Shown: in pieces, positions 23,107-33,212 of the stretch
How positions within the stretch are numbered: position 1 is the stretch's first letter
Layout of the letters: the number at the start of each line of letters is the position of its first letter
Assembly (NCBI GenBank): GCA_963716725.1
Contig: CAVQUB010000020.1
Span: 128,001-192,000, forward strand
Length of the DNA stretch: 64,000 nucleotides
Reading direction: 5' to 3'
Source of the DNA: an uncultured delta proteobacterium
GTDB taxonomy: Bacteria; Myxococcota_A; Polyangia; Polyangiales; Polyangiaceae
Position numbers and translations under genes: made by a program
Notes under the pieces: model-generated
What the model was told of the DNA's origin: nothing
Databases searched by the model: none
Seen by the model: only the letters and a program-made list of their open reading frames with translations

Positions 23107-24282
23107 CTACGGCGCCGTTCGCATCGCCGGTGGGCTGGGAGCGTCCGGAGTCGCGGTGCGCCATCGCCAAACCAGGGCGGCGGACACCACCAGCACCACG
23201 ACCGCCAGCACGCTCATGACCACGGCGACGGGCAAGAGCACGCTCCGCGGCGGCGCCGGAGGCGGCCAGCTCGTGGGCGCCTGCAGCGGCTGGACCAACG
23301 TGGGTTGGTTCCCCGACGGGGGCGCGAGCAACTCGGTCGGCTGGTTCCCCGAGGGCGGTGCCAAAAGCAGCGTCTCCACCTGACCCGACGGCAGCTCTCC
23401 CTCCGGAGGCATCTGCACCGCCGGCCCGAGCGCCGCCACGGGAAGCTGCGGGATCAGCTGCTCGAGCACGGTCAGCATCTGCTGGCCGACAGGAAAGCGG
23501 TGGGCCGGATCCTTGTCGAGGGCGCGCCTGAGCAGGGGGCCGAATACCGATTGTTCGACCGCCGCTGGCAGGGCCACCGGATCGGGTGACAGCTGAACCC
23601 GCGCGGCCTCGAGGGGCGTTCCGCGCACCAGCGCATGACCGCACGACATCTCGGCCAGCATCATGCCGACGGCGTAGAGGTCCATGCTCGGAATCGGCGG
23701 CTGGCCCAGGATCTGGTCCGGAGGCATGTAGCGCGGCGTCCCGATCACCATGCCGGCGGCGGTGAGCGGCGCGCTCTCGCTGGTCTTCGCGATCCCAAAA
23801 TCGAGCACTTTCACGAAATCGGACTCACCCGCAAAGGTGCAAATGAAGATGTTGCCCGGCTTCATGTCGCGATGCACGACTCCAAGCGCGTGAGCCTCCA
23901 TCAAGCTCTTCAGGATTTGCGAGACGATCCGTGCCGTGCGCTGCTGGCCGAGGGGCCCCTCGCGCTTGATCAGGGCCTCGAGCGTCTCGCCGGACAACAG
24001 CTCGTACACGATGAACGGGCTCGGGCGGCGACCCAAGTCGAAGTCGAGCAGGTGCACCGTGTTGGGATGGGTGAGCTGACGAGCTAGCTCGGCTTCACGT
24101 CGGAAGCGCTGCTCGCCGGCGGCGTCGACGCTGTCGGCGCTCATGATCTTGATGGCCACCTCTCGCCCGATGCGCAGCTCGGTGGCGCGAAAGACCTGAC
24201 TGAAACCGCCGTGACCGATCTCGGCCTCCAGCCGATAGCGCTGGGCGAGCACCATACCGGGAGCTGGAATGACCTGTTCCAA
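23107..24282 (-). CDS. Membrane-anchored Ser/Thr protein kinase
   Basis: IGHGGFSQV, VAIK, HRDMKPGN, DFG, GTPRYM; C-terminal TM helix. Confidence 0.92.
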   Translation of the reverse strand: MEQVIPAPGMVLAQRYRLEAEIGHGGFSQVFRATELRIGREVAIKIMSADSVDAAGEQRFRREAELARQLTHPNTVHLLDFDLGRRPSPFIVYELLSGETLEALIKREGPLGQQRTARIVSQILKSLMEAHALGVVHRDMKPGNIFICTFAGESDFVKVLDFGIAKTSESAPLTAAGMVIGTPRYMPPDQILGQPPIPSMDLYAVGMMLAEMSCGHALVRGTPLEAARVQLSPDPVALPAAVEQSVFGPLLRRALDKDPAHRFPVGQQMLTVLEQLIPQLPVAALGPAVQMPPEGELPSGQVETLLLAPPSGNQPTELLAPPSGNQPTLVQPLQAPTSWPPPAPPRSVLLPVAVVMSVLAVVVLVVSAALVWRWRTATPDAPSPPAMRTAP

Positions 24283-24348
24283 GCCCGATCGTGCTAGCGC
24301 CGGCGGCTGGCGCGATGCAAGCGCTGGTTTCCGCTGGCAGGGTCCGGG

Positions 24349-24593
24349 ATGCGTTTCGCGGGACTTTGGCTCACGGGGGCGTTGGCCCCGGCGAGCTGCG
24401 GACAGGACGAGCGCGCGCCGGCCGTGGGGCTGGGCGATCCGGCCTGGACGCCCGGGCCTGAGCGCTGCGACGCGCAGGAGCTCGATGACCTGTCACGCTT
24501 CCGGGACTGCTCCCGGGGCAGCGGCATCTTCGGTCGCTGGGGCGAGCACGGAGAGACCGCCGCGATCGCGGGAAGGCCCCTTCGATCCGCGCT
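24349..24593 (+). pseudogene. Possible truncated lipoprotein N-terminal remnant
   Basis: MRFAGLWLTGALAPASC lipobox-like start; the ORF then runs antisense into the next gene. Confidence 0.3.
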
Positions 24594-27548
24594 TCAGAGC
24601 AGCCCCGCTCGCCCGGCCTTTCGGCGCTGGATTTCGGTTTCGATCATCGCGACGTGCTCGTGCTCCTCCGCTTCGAGCTCACGATACAGGCGCCACACCG
24701 CGCTGCCGCGCACGAGCTCCGACGAGCGCCTCGCGAAGAACTGCTTCGCGCGTTCTTCGAGGGCCGCGGCCAGCTCGAGCAACTCGATGGCGGTCGACGG
24801 CTCGGAGTTGGTCCCAGCATAGAGTTCGCTCACGTCGGGTCCGAGGGCCATCTCTCCGAGCCCCGGCGTGCTCACGTGGTAGCGCGCCGCGAGCAGGTCG
24901 ATGTGCTCGCGCTCCATGGCCGCCAGCCGTCCGAACATGTCCGCCAGTTCGGGATCCGTCGTGAGCTTGGCGCCCCGCGCGTAGAACGCCCAGCCTCCCA
25001 GCTCGATCTCCATGGCCTTTTGCACCGCATCGCGGGCGGCATCGTCCAGCTCGGTTTCGGCTCGCACCCGGCTGAGCGTGCCGTTGCAAGCTGCGCAACG
25101 CCCGAAGGGGAAGGCGAAGCCCTCGTGGACTTTGTGGCAGGACAGGCACTGCCAGGTGATGGTGGCGCCCGCACAGCACACGTAGGGCTCCCCGCGTTCG
25201 ATGCGCCCGTGGCAGCGCGGACACTTGCCTTCCCCCGCCGGAAACTCCTCGACTCCGGGCTCGATGGCCGTGGGAGGCCAGACCCGACGCTCCAAGAATC
25301 GACTGATGTGTCGCGCCGCCCGGCGACCGGCGCCCAGCGCGAGGATCACGGTGGCGCCGCCGGTGACGATGTCACCTCCGGCGAAGACGCCTTCCACGTT
25401 CGTCGCCTGCGTGAGCGGATCCGCCTCGATGTAGCCCCACTTGGTCAACTTCAGCTCCGCCACCGATCGCGGCACGATGGGGTTGGCCCGGGTGCCGAGC
25501 GCGTAGATCACGGTCGTGGCCGGGAGCTCCGAGAACTCTCCCTCCAGCGGCACCGGCTTGCGACGCCCGGAGGCATCGGGCTCGCCGAGCTCCATCTGCT
25601 GGCAGCGCAGTCCGCGGACGTTCTCACTCTCGTCGAGCAGGATCTCGGTCGGCGCCCGGAGAAAGTGGAAGCTCACGCCCTCTTCCCGCGCGTGCCGGAT
25701 TTCTTCGATGCGGGCCGGGGCCTCGGCTTCGGTGCGCCGGTACACGCACTGCACGCGCTTCGTGCCGAGGCGCTTGGCGACGCGCAAGCAGTCCATGGCG
25801 GTATTGCCCGCACCGATGACGACCACCGAGTCACCGAGCTCGATAGGAGTGTCGCGGTACGGAAAGCGATCGCCACCCATCAGGTTGACACGCGTCAGAA
25901 ACTCGTTGGCGCTCAGCACTTGACCGGCGCCTTCGCCGGGCAAGCCCAAGAACACGGGGTAGCCGGCGCCCGTCGCCACGAACAACGCCGAGAAGCCCAT
26001 CTCGCCAAGCAATTGCTCGACGGTGAAGGTCTTGCCAACGACCTTGTTCACCTCGAAGCGCACGCCGAGCTGTTCGAGCGCTCGCACTTCCTTCTCGATG
26101 AACTCGCGGGGAAGCCGGAAGCTCGGGATGCCGTAGCGCAGCACCCCACCGACGACGTGCAGGGCCTCGTAGACGATCACCTCGACGCCCTCGCGGGCCA
26201 GATCACCGGCGCAGGCGAGGCCCGCCGGGCCCGAGCCCACGATGGCGACGCGACCTTTCGACGGGTCTTTGGGCACGGGCTCGAAGATGGGCGGCGGCGC
26301 GTTGTCGCCCACGAAGCGCTCGAGGCGCCCGATGGCCACCGGCTCCATCTTCTTGTGCAAGACGCACTGCGCCTCACATTGGCTCTCTTGGGGGCAGACG
26401 CGGCCGCAGATGGCCGGAAACAGGTTGCTCTCGTGGATCACCGACAGCGCGCCCGGCAGGTCGCGCACGAGCATGTGCCGGATGAAGCGCGGAATGTCGA
26501 TGTTGACCGGGCAGCCCTCGATGCAGGTCGGTCGCACGCATTGGATGCAGCGCTCGGCTTCCAGGAGCGCGTTCTGCTCGGTGTAGCCGAGGTTCACTTC
26601 GTCGAAGCTCTGCGCGCGCTCGAGGGCAGCACGCTCGGGCATGGCAGTGGCGGTGGGAAGCACCGCCTTGAGCTTCTTGTAGTTGCGCTTGCCCTGTTCG
26701 AAGAGCTGAAGGTCGAGGTTGCAGACGTGGGCGAAGTCAGCCTCCGCACGCTGCTCGGGACCTCGGAAGCGACGCTGACGGATGGCAAGCTCGCCGAAAT
26801 CCACTTGGTGGGCGTCGAAGTCCGGCCCGTCCACACAGGCAAAGCGCAAGTCGCCGCCCACGGTGACCCGACACGAGCCGCACATGCCGGTCCCGTCCAC
26901 CATGATGGCGTTTAGGCTCACGATGGTGGGCACGCCGCTCGGCCGCGTCACCTCGGCCACCGCCCGCATCATGGCCAAGGGTCCAATGGCGATGACCCGC
27001 TTCGGCTTCGGCTCCTTGGCGATCACCTCTGCTACCGCGTCGGTCACGAGCCCCGCCCGCCCCAAGCTGCCGTCGTCCGTGCATACGACGACCTGATCGC
27101 TGATTTCCCGGAACCGTTCCTGCCAGAACACGAGGTTCTTCGAGCGAAATCCGATGATGCTGGTGACGCGGTGGCCCGCTTCCTTGAAGGCGCGCGCCTG
27201 CGGGTAGATCGGCGCCACACCGAGTCCGCCGCCGACGAGCACCACGTGACCGGGCTCGTCGACGTGACTGGCGGTCCCAAGCGGCCCGACGAAATCCAGG
27301 AACCAGTCCCCTTCACGGTACTTGGCCAGCATCTCGCGCGTCGAGCGCCCGAGGGCCTGGATCACCAGGGTGACGGTGCCGCGCCGGCGGTCGAAGTCGG
27401 CGATGGTGAGGGGGATGCGCTCGCCGTTCTCGTGCAGGCGGAGCATCACGAACTGCCCGGGCTGTGATGCCTTGGCGACGTCCGGAGCGAAGACCTCCCA
27501 GAGGAAGGTGGTGTCCGAGAAGCTCTGGTGGCGAACGATCTGGTACAC
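24594..27548 (-). CDS. Fused NfnA-NfnB (SudB/SudA, GltD-like) oxidoreductase with C-terminal Cys cluster and rubrerythrin/ferritin-like domain
   Basis: ERIPLTI, GGGLGVAP, MVDGTGMCGSC...CVDGP (2Fe-2S); RCIQC...CIEGCPV, CGRVCPQESQCE (4Fe-4S); GSGPAG, GAGNTAMD, GGDIVTG; then CPRC..CC..CLSC..CAAC and EREH/EHEH helices. Confidence 0.9.
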   Translation of the reverse strand: MYQIVRHQSFSDTTFLWEVFAPDVAKASQPGQFVMLRLHENGERIPLTIADFDRRRGTVTLVIQALGRSTREMLAKYREGDWFLDFVGPLGTASHVDEPGHVVLVGGGLGVAPIYPQARAFKEAGHRVTSIIGFRSKNLVFWQERFREISDQVVVCTDDGSLGRAGLVTDAVAEVIAKEPKPKRVIAIGPLAMMRAVAEVTRPSGVPTIVSLNAIMVDGTGMCGSCRVTVGGDLRFACVDGPDFDAHQVDFGELAIRQRRFRGPEQRAEADFAHVCNLDLQLFEQGKRNYKKLKAVLPTATAMPERAALERAQSFDEVNLGYTEQNALLEAERCIQCVRPTCIEGCPVNIDIPRFIRHMLVRDLPGALSVIHESNLFPAICGRVCPQESQCEAQCVLHKKMEPVAIGRLERFVGDNAPPPIFEPVPKDPSKGRVAIVGSGPAGLACAGDLAREGVEVIVYEALHVVGGVLRYGIPSFRLPREFIEKEVRALEQLGVRFEVNKVVGKTFTVEQLLGEMGFSALFVATGAGYPVFLGLPGEGAGQVLSANEFLTRVNLMGGDRFPYRDTPIELGDSVVVIGAGNTAMDCLRVAKRLGTKRVQCVYRRTEAEAPARIEEIRHAREEGVSFHFLRAPTEILLDESENVRGLRCQQMELGEPDASGRRKPVPLEGEFSELPATTVIYALGTRANPIVPRSVAELKLTKWGYIEADPLTQATNVEGVFAGGDIVTGGATVILALGAGRRAARHISRFLERRVWPPTAIEPGVEEFPAGEGKCPRCHGRIERGEPYVCCAGATITWQCLSCHKVHEGFAFPFGRCAACNGTLSRVRAETELDDAARDAVQKAMEIELGGWAFYARGAKLTTDPELADMFGRLAAMEREHIDLLAARYHVSTPGLGEMALGPDVSELYAGTNSEPSTAIELLELAAALEERAKQFFARRSSELVRGSAVWRLYRELEAEEHEHVAMIETEIQRRKAGRAGLL

Positions 27549-27666
27549 GCGGGAGGAGCATTGTCCTATCCCGCGAGCGGTTCCCAGGGAAATCGGGCTC
27601 GCTCCCTTCGGGAAATTCTGCGCGGCTCGATTCCAACCGGCAACGCAGGACCTATACTTCCGCGAC

Positions 27667-28317
27667 GTGAACTTCTTCGGCCACGCAGCGGTCGCCGCTT
27701 GGCGCTCGACCGATCCGAGCTTCGTGCTCGGCTCGATGCTGCCGGACTTCGCGACCATGATCCGCGCACGGCAGCCGCAGGTCGGGCACGCCACGCTCGC
27801 CGACGGCGTCGCCTACCATCACCGCACCGACGATGCGTTCCACGACTCCGGCGTGTTCCGGGAGCTGATGCGCGAAGCTCACGACCAGCTGTCGACGGCG
27901 GGTCTGCGCCGCGGCAGCGCCCGCGCGGTGGCGCACGTCGGCGTGGAAATCCTCCTCGACGGGGTGCTCGCGGATGCTCCGAGCGCGCGTCATGCCTATC
28001 TGTCGGCCCTCGCTCGGGCTCCGCTCTTGGCCTCCGAACTCGAGTGGCGAACTGACGCCGACGCCGCAGCGTTCCGGGGCTTGCTCCGGGCTCTGGCGGG
28101 CCGCGGGCTCTCGCGCGAGCACACCGCTCCGACCGTGGTCGCGTTGCGCGTCGAGCGAACCCTCTCGGATCGTCCGCGGCTGGCCATCGACCCCGGCCAG
28201 CTCGAGCTCGTCGCGCACTGGGCTTCGACGATGATGGACGCCGTCCGGACGGAGACCCCCCGACTCGTGTCGGAGCTCGAGTCTGCTCTCTTGTCTTCCT
28301 CCGGGCTCGCCCGCTGA
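27667..28317 (+). CDS. AcpH-like (ACP phosphodiesterase-like) metal-dependent hydrolase
   Basis: MNFFGH...GSMLPDF...HHRTDDAFH...AHVGVEILLD; TATACT 8 nt upstream of GTG. Confidence 0.7.
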   Translation: MNFFGHAAVAAWRSTDPSFVLGSMLPDFATMIRARQPQVGHATLADGVAYHHRTDDAFHDSGVFRELMREAHDQLSTAGLRRGSARAVAHVGVEILLDGVLADAPSARHAYLSALARAPLLASELEWRTDADAAAFRGLLRALAGRGLSREHTAPTVVALRVERTLSDRPRLAIDPGQLELVAHWASTMMDAVRTETPRLVSELESALLSSSGLAR

Positions 28318-28337
28318 GGTAGGCTCCGGCAACAATC

Positions 28338-29519
28338 ATGGCAGAAGCAGCGGGCGGACTCGGGATCGCGCGGGGCGTGGTCAAAGTGCTCGCGCTCGTC
28401 GTCGGCTTCGCTCTCGTGGCGCTGTCGCTGATGGCCCTGGTCGGAGCCGTCACGCAAAACGTCTGGGCGCGGCTCGGCGTCGCGCTGGTCGTCGCCCTGG
28501 TGGTGCCCGCCGTGATCACCGACCGCCTGCTGCCCGCCGGCGACAATCTCTCACGCGCCAAGGGCCTCCTGGGTGACGTCTTCGCGGTCTCGTGGCTGGG
28601 CGCGGGCGTGGTCTCGGTGGTCGCCTTCGGCGCGTTCATGCGGCCGCTCTTGGTGCGCGAGGCGGACCGACTCGCCGCCTCCGGGGTCGGTCCCATCGCC
28701 GAGCTGGCGTTTCTCCTCGGCGGCGCCAAGCCCGAGGCCGGCGCGCCAATCTCACCTGCAAGCGCGGCGCCGGATCCCGCCGCCGCTCCTTCGGCAAGCG
28801 CAGCGTCGGTTGGCGTGGTCCCATCCGCATCGGCTTCGCCCGAAGTCGACGCCGGCCCCCCCAAGAAGCAGGACAAGTCCGAGCTCGGTCCCGCCGAGCT
28901 GTTCAAGAGGCTCTCGCCCTCGGTCGTCACCGTGAGCATCAAGAGCGGCGACCGCGGCGGGGGCGGTACCGGGTTCCTGTTGGACCAGAGCGGAACCATC
29001 GCGACGAACCGGCACGTGGTCGAAGAGGCTGACTCTCTGTCCGTCAAGTTCATCAACGGCGCGGTCTACGAAGACGTCGAGTTGCTCGTCGAGGACGCCG
29101 GACACGACCTGGCGCTCTTGCGCGTCGAGCTCGCGAAGCCCAAAGACGGCAAGGCGCCGAAGACGGATCCCGTGAAGCTCGGGAACTCCGACGACGTCGA
29201 GGTCGGCGAGCGCGTGCTCTCCATCGGCAATCCCCTGGGACTGGAGCACACGCTGACCGACGGCCTCGTCTCGCAGCGCCGCACCTACATGGGCCGGCAG
29301 TGGATCCAGATGTCAGCGCCGGTGTCGCCCGGTAACTCGGGCGGTCCCCTCTTCGACATGAAGGGAAACGTCATCGGGGTGACGACAGCCATCGTCGGCC
29401 CGATCATCGGCCAGAACTTGAACCTCGCCGTCCCCGTCAACGCGCTCAGAGCGCTGATTCGCCCCGACTACCCCCAACGTCGCAAGATCGGAAAGGCCGG
29501 CAAGGCCGGCACCTGGTGA
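28338..29519 (+). CDS. Membrane-anchored trypsin-like (HtrA-type, PDZ-less) serine protease
   Basis: Three N-terminal TM helices; GTGF, TNRHV, DLALL, IGNPLG, PGNSGGPL. Confidence 0.9.
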   Translation: MAEAAGGLGIARGVVKVLALVVGFALVALSLMALVGAVTQNVWARLGVALVVALVVPAVITDRLLPAGDNLSRAKGLLGDVFAVSWLGAGVVSVVAFGAFMRPLLVREADRLAASGVGPIAELAFLLGGAKPEAGAPISPASAAPDPAAAPSASAASVGVVPSASASPEVDAGPPKKQDKSELGPAELFKRLSPSVVTVSIKSGDRGGGGTGFLLDQSGTIATNRHVVEEADSLSVKFINGAVYEDVELLVEDAGHDLALLRVELAKPKDGKAPKTDPVKLGNSDDVEVGERVLSIGNPLGLEHTLTDGLVSQRRTYMGRQWIQMSAPVSPGNSGGPLFDMKGNVIGVTTAIVGPIIGQNLNLAVPVNALRALIRPDYPQRRKIGKAGKAGTW

Positions 29520-29522
29520 GTC

Positions 29523-30944
29523 GTGCGACAGAACCTGGTCTTCCTGATTCTGATCGGCCTGTTCGGCGTGCTCGCGATCAGCCTGGCAACGCGCGACCGA
29601 GCGTCGCACGCTGTCCCCCTCCCCATCGCGCCGTCGGCGTCGGCGTCGACGTCGGAGGCGCCGAGCGCCTCGCAGTCAGCCGCCCCGTCGCCGTCGGCAT
29701 CGGCAGCGCCCGCAGCTTCAGTGGCGAAGCTGGGGCGACCCCTTCGAGTCATCGGCACCGGCTGGGAAACCCTCGCCCCGATCGTGCTCGCCAACGGCGG
29801 GCTCGAGCCCAAGAAGGACAGCGACGTCGGCAAGGCGGGCGTCGAGGCCGCAGTGAGGGTGGCACGCGAGCTAGACGACTTCGAAGCCGCGCTCGCCCGC
29901 GGCGGCTCTGACGGCGATGGCGCTGACGTCGCGGTCATCCCCCTGCCGAATCTCGTCGCATCTTATCAAAAGCTTCAGGCACTACGCCCGGTGGTGGTGT
30001 TCGCGAGCGCCTGGTCCCGCGGCCGTGAGGTCATCACCGCCAAGCAACCGCTCGACAAGCTCCCCGCCAGCGGAGAGGTACACTTGGCGACCGACGGCAC
30101 CCCGGCCGCGAGCTACTTTGGGCTGTTTGCCGCCGACCTGGCGGGCGTCGCTCCGGCGCGCCTACGCGCGGTCGAGCCGGGCGACGCGAAGATCCACCTC
30201 TCGGCGCTCAGTCGGCGGGAGTTCAAGGCGGCGGATCAGAAGGACGTGCTGCTCAGCACCGCGGAAGCGGTGCGCTTCGCGCCCATCGTCCTGGTGTGCT
30301 CCGCCGCGTTCGTCGAAAAACACCCCGACTCAGTCGAGCATTTCGTCGAAGCGTGGCTTGCTGGCGCCAAGCGCCTCGCTTCGGATCCCACCACCTCGGC
30401 CCGAAGCATCTCTGCCCTCGACAACGCCCCGGAGCCCATCACTCTGCTGGCCGCCCTCGGCGACCTGGTCCCCATCGGACTCGGCGAGAACGCCGAGTTG
30501 CTCGGGCTGTCCGGTCGGGGTGCGGTGACCATCGACTCACTCACGCTGCGCATGTGGCGCCTGGCGCGAGAGGCCAAGTGGATCACCGTCGCGCAGCCGG
30601 AGCGGTCGCTGGTGGTCACGGGGCCCGTCGCTCAGATCGTGCGCGCAGATCCTTCGCAGCTCAGAGCTGCCCCGAGCGCTGACGCGGTGCCCAAGCTCGC
30701 CAAAGGAGCTCGGGCGCTGATCGTGGTGCGCGCCCCTAAGGATAGCGCCGAGTCCGCCATCGGTTTCGTCGCGGGCGTGTTCCAGCGATCCCCGATTCGG
30801 GTTTCGGCCGCCGAGCCCAAGCTCGCGGAGAGCCTCGTGCGGGTGAGCAGCGAGCGCTTCGGACTGCCGCAGGGGCGCCTGCTCACGGGGACGACCGCCG
30901 CCCGCGGGGCGGAGGCCGTGGTCGAAGTGATGCCGGTGCCCTGA
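29523..30944 (+). CDS. Exported protein, NMT1/THI5-like periplasmic-binding fold (tentative)
   Basis: Signal/TM N-terminus, Ala/Ser/Pro linker, AWSRGRE...FVEKHPDSVEHFVEAW segment typical of SBP-type II proteins. Confidence 0.5.
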   Translation: MRQNLVFLILIGLFGVLAISLATRDRASHAVPLPIAPSASASTSEAPSASQSAAPSPSASAAPAASVAKLGRPLRVIGTGWETLAPIVLANGGLEPKKDSDVGKAGVEAAVRVARELDDFEAALARGGSDGDGADVAVIPLPNLVASYQKLQALRPVVVFASAWSRGREVITAKQPLDKLPASGEVHLATDGTPAASYFGLFAADLAGVAPARLRAVEPGDAKIHLSALSRREFKAADQKDVLLSTAEAVRFAPIVLVCSAAFVEKHPDSVEHFVEAWLAGAKRLASDPTTSARSISALDNAPEPITLLAALGDLVPIGLGENAELLGLSGRGAVTIDSLTLRMWRLAREAKWITVAQPERSLVVTGPVAQIVRADPSQLRAAPSADAVPKLAKGARALIVVRAPKDSAESAIGFVAGVFQRSPIRVSAAEPKLAESLVRVSSERFGLPQGRLLTGTTAARGAEAVVEVMPVP

Positions 30945-31100
30945 GGAATCCCGGCTCATCGGCCAGGTATTCGACGGAAAATTGACTAGGCGTCCGAAAC
31001 GCTTGGGAAGGCGCGGTGCTCACCGGTCCTCGACCGAGCACCCGGTTGCACACTGCCCCACATGGGGCTACCTGAGGGACCTCTTCGGGAGGTAACGGCA

Positions 31101-33107
31101 ATGGGTCTTAAGATGCGATGGGTCCACACGTCTGCGCTGGCGGTCTTCGGACTGGGCGCGGCAGCAATGGCTCCGGGTTGCGGCAGCGACAGCAGCGGCG
31201 GCGGCGGCGGAATTGGCGGCGGCGGTAACGTCGGTGCGACCGGCGGCAGCGGCAACACCGGCGGCGGTGGCGTCGGCAACACCGGCGGCGGCGGCGTCGG
31301 CAATACCGGCGGCGGCGGCGTCGGCAATACCGGCGGCGGCGGCGTCGGCGGCTCGACGGGCTGCCCCGGCACCCTCTCGGACTGCAACGGGACCTGCACC
31401 AACACCGAGTTCGATCCCAGCAACTGCGGCGCTTGCGGCACCGTCTGCAAGACCGGCGAGTTCTGCTCGCAGGGCACGTGCGCGGGCCAGTGCCTCGGCA
31501 CCACGCTCTGCACCGGCAAGTGCGTCGACACCGACGCCGATCCGAACAACTGCGGCGCCTGCGGCACGGTCTGCACGACCGGCCAGGTCTGCTCGCTCGG
31601 CAAGTGCGGCGTCAACTGCACGGGCGGCTCCGCCCAGTGCGGAGGCCAGTGCGTCGACACGCAGAGCAACCCGAACCACTGCGGCGGCTGCGGCACTGCC
31701 TGCACGAGCGGCCAGGTCTGCTCGGCAGGTCAATGCGCGACCAGCTGCGGCACCGGCTACACCAAGTGCGGGTCCTCCTGCGTCGAAACTCAGAACGACA
31801 AGAACAACTGCGGCGCCTGCGGCACGGTCTGCCCCGCCGGCCAGGCCTGCCTCCAAGGCAAGTGCGGCAGCTGCGACATCAACACCACGGACTGCGACGG
31901 CGACGGATACGCCGGCAAGAACGAAGGCGACTGCTGCGAAGTTCCCGGCCTCTGCGGCGCCAACCCGCAGCTCGTGAACCCGGGTGCGCTCGAGGTCGTG
32001 GGCAACGGCATCGACGACAACTGCAACGGCTTGGCGGATCTCTTCGACAAGTCGGACACGCAGGACTGCGACGCTGCACTGACCAGCAACTCCTCGGATC
32101 CAAAGGACTTCGCCAAGGCGCTCGGCGTCTGCCGCGCGACCGAAGAGACGCCCGCGAACAAGAAGGACAAGACCTGGGGCCTGATCGACGCGGAGCTGCT
32201 CCGGGCCGACGGCTCGCCGATCGGCGACAAGAGGGCCCACAGCATCCGCCAGAAGTTCGGTGACAACATCACCGCCCTCGAAGGCAAGAGCATGGTCGTC
32301 CTGTCCAGCGGCATCGCGGCCGACAAGACCCAGACCAACCCGGGCCCGAACGGCGGCACGACGGGCTCGAACGTTGCGACCAGTCACACGCCATCCTCGA
32401 ACGTCAACATCGCGACCTGCACCAGCACCAAGTGCATCAAGGACTGGTACAGCGCGGCCAACGCTCCGCTCAAGGCGGCCAATCAGTTCCCCCAGGCTCC
32501 GGCCTGCGGGACCGCCGGTGGCGGCACGGCGAACGACTCGGTCATGCTGCGGATCCGGCTGCGGGCACCGACCAACGCCCGGTCGTTCTCGTTCAACAGC
32601 TACTTCTTCTCCTCGGAGTACCCGGAGTACGTGTGTTCGAGCTTCAACGACCAGTTCATCACGCTGGTGGACACGCCCAGCGGCACCCCGCAGCCGATCC
32701 CGAACCCGGTCGACAAGAACTTGACGACCTACATCGACCTGGCGACCAACACCAAGTGGCCGGTGGGCATCAACATCGCCAAGGGCACCAACCTGTTCGC
32801 GGTGTGTGATCCGAAGGTCGCGGTGACGGGCTCGCCTTGCTACGAGAGCGAAGTCAACGCGAAGTCGTGCTCGCTCGGCGTCACCGATCTGATGGGCACG
32901 GGCTGGGAACCCGGAACCGGAGCGAACGCCTGCCCCGGCGGCGGCGGCACCTACTGGCTGACGGTCGCGGGCAACGTCATCCCTGGACAGATCGTGGAGG
33001 TCCGCTTCGCGATCTTCGACGTGGGTGACACCACCCTCGACTCTCTCGTGCTGCTCGACGGCTTCAAGTGGCTCCCGAACGCCACGCTGCCGGGCACCGG
33101 CGGCTGA
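31101..33107 (+). CDS. Cys-rich lipoprotein with CVDTxxDPxNCGxCGxxC repeats and choice-of-anchor-L-like C-terminal domain
   Basis: GGAGG RBS; lipobox AMAPGC; four NCGACG-type repeats; NGIDDNCNG; FFSSEYPEYVCSSFNDQF and FDVGDxxLDSLVLLDGF. Confidence 0.85.
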   Translation: MGLKMRWVHTSALAVFGLGAAAMAPGCGSDSSGGGGGIGGGGNVGATGGSGNTGGGGVGNTGGGGVGNTGGGGVGNTGGGGVGGSTGCPGTLSDCNGTCTNTEFDPSNCGACGTVCKTGEFCSQGTCAGQCLGTTLCTGKCVDTDADPNNCGACGTVCTTGQVCSLGKCGVNCTGGSAQCGGQCVDTQSNPNHCGGCGTACTSGQVCSAGQCATSCGTGYTKCGSSCVETQNDKNNCGACGTVCPAGQACLQGKCGSCDINTTDCDGDGYAGKNEGDCCEVPGLCGANPQLVNPGALEVVGNGIDDNCNGLADLFDKSDTQDCDAALTSNSSDPKDFAKALGVCRATEETPANKKDKTWGLIDAELLRADGSPIGDKRAHSIRQKFGDNITALEGKSMVVLSSGIAADKTQTNPGPNGGTTGSNVATSHTPSSNVNIATCTSTKCIKDWYSAANAPLKAANQFPQAPACGTAGGGTANDSVMLRIRLRAPTNARSFSFNSYFFSSEYPEYVCSSFNDQFITLVDTPSGTPQPIPNPVDKNLTTYIDLATNTKWPVGINIAKGTNLFAVCDPKVAVTGSPCYESEVNAKSCSLGVTDLMGTGWEPGTGANACPGGGGTYWLTVAGNVIPGQIVEVRFAIFDVGDTTLDSLVLLDGFKWLPNATLPGTGG

Positions 33108-33147
33108 GCCGGAGCTGAAACAAGGCTCTTCCTTGGGGAAGGGCAGC

Positions 33148-33182
33148 GATGGGCGCCTCTCGGGGCGCCCGTCGTCGTTTGT
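33148..33182 (+). terminator. Putative intrinsic terminator
   Basis: GATGGGCGCC...GGCGCCCGTC stem followed by GTCGTTTGT, 40 bp after the stop at 33107. Confidence 0.4.
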
Positions 33183-33212
33183 GCGCGCCGCGCTCTGGTC
33201 TATGGCCAGCGC

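Noticed and set aside
25080..25230. CPRCH and CLSCH in the Nfn fusion as heme c sites
   Set aside because: The protein has no export signal; the Cys pairs fit a Zn/Fe ribbon better.
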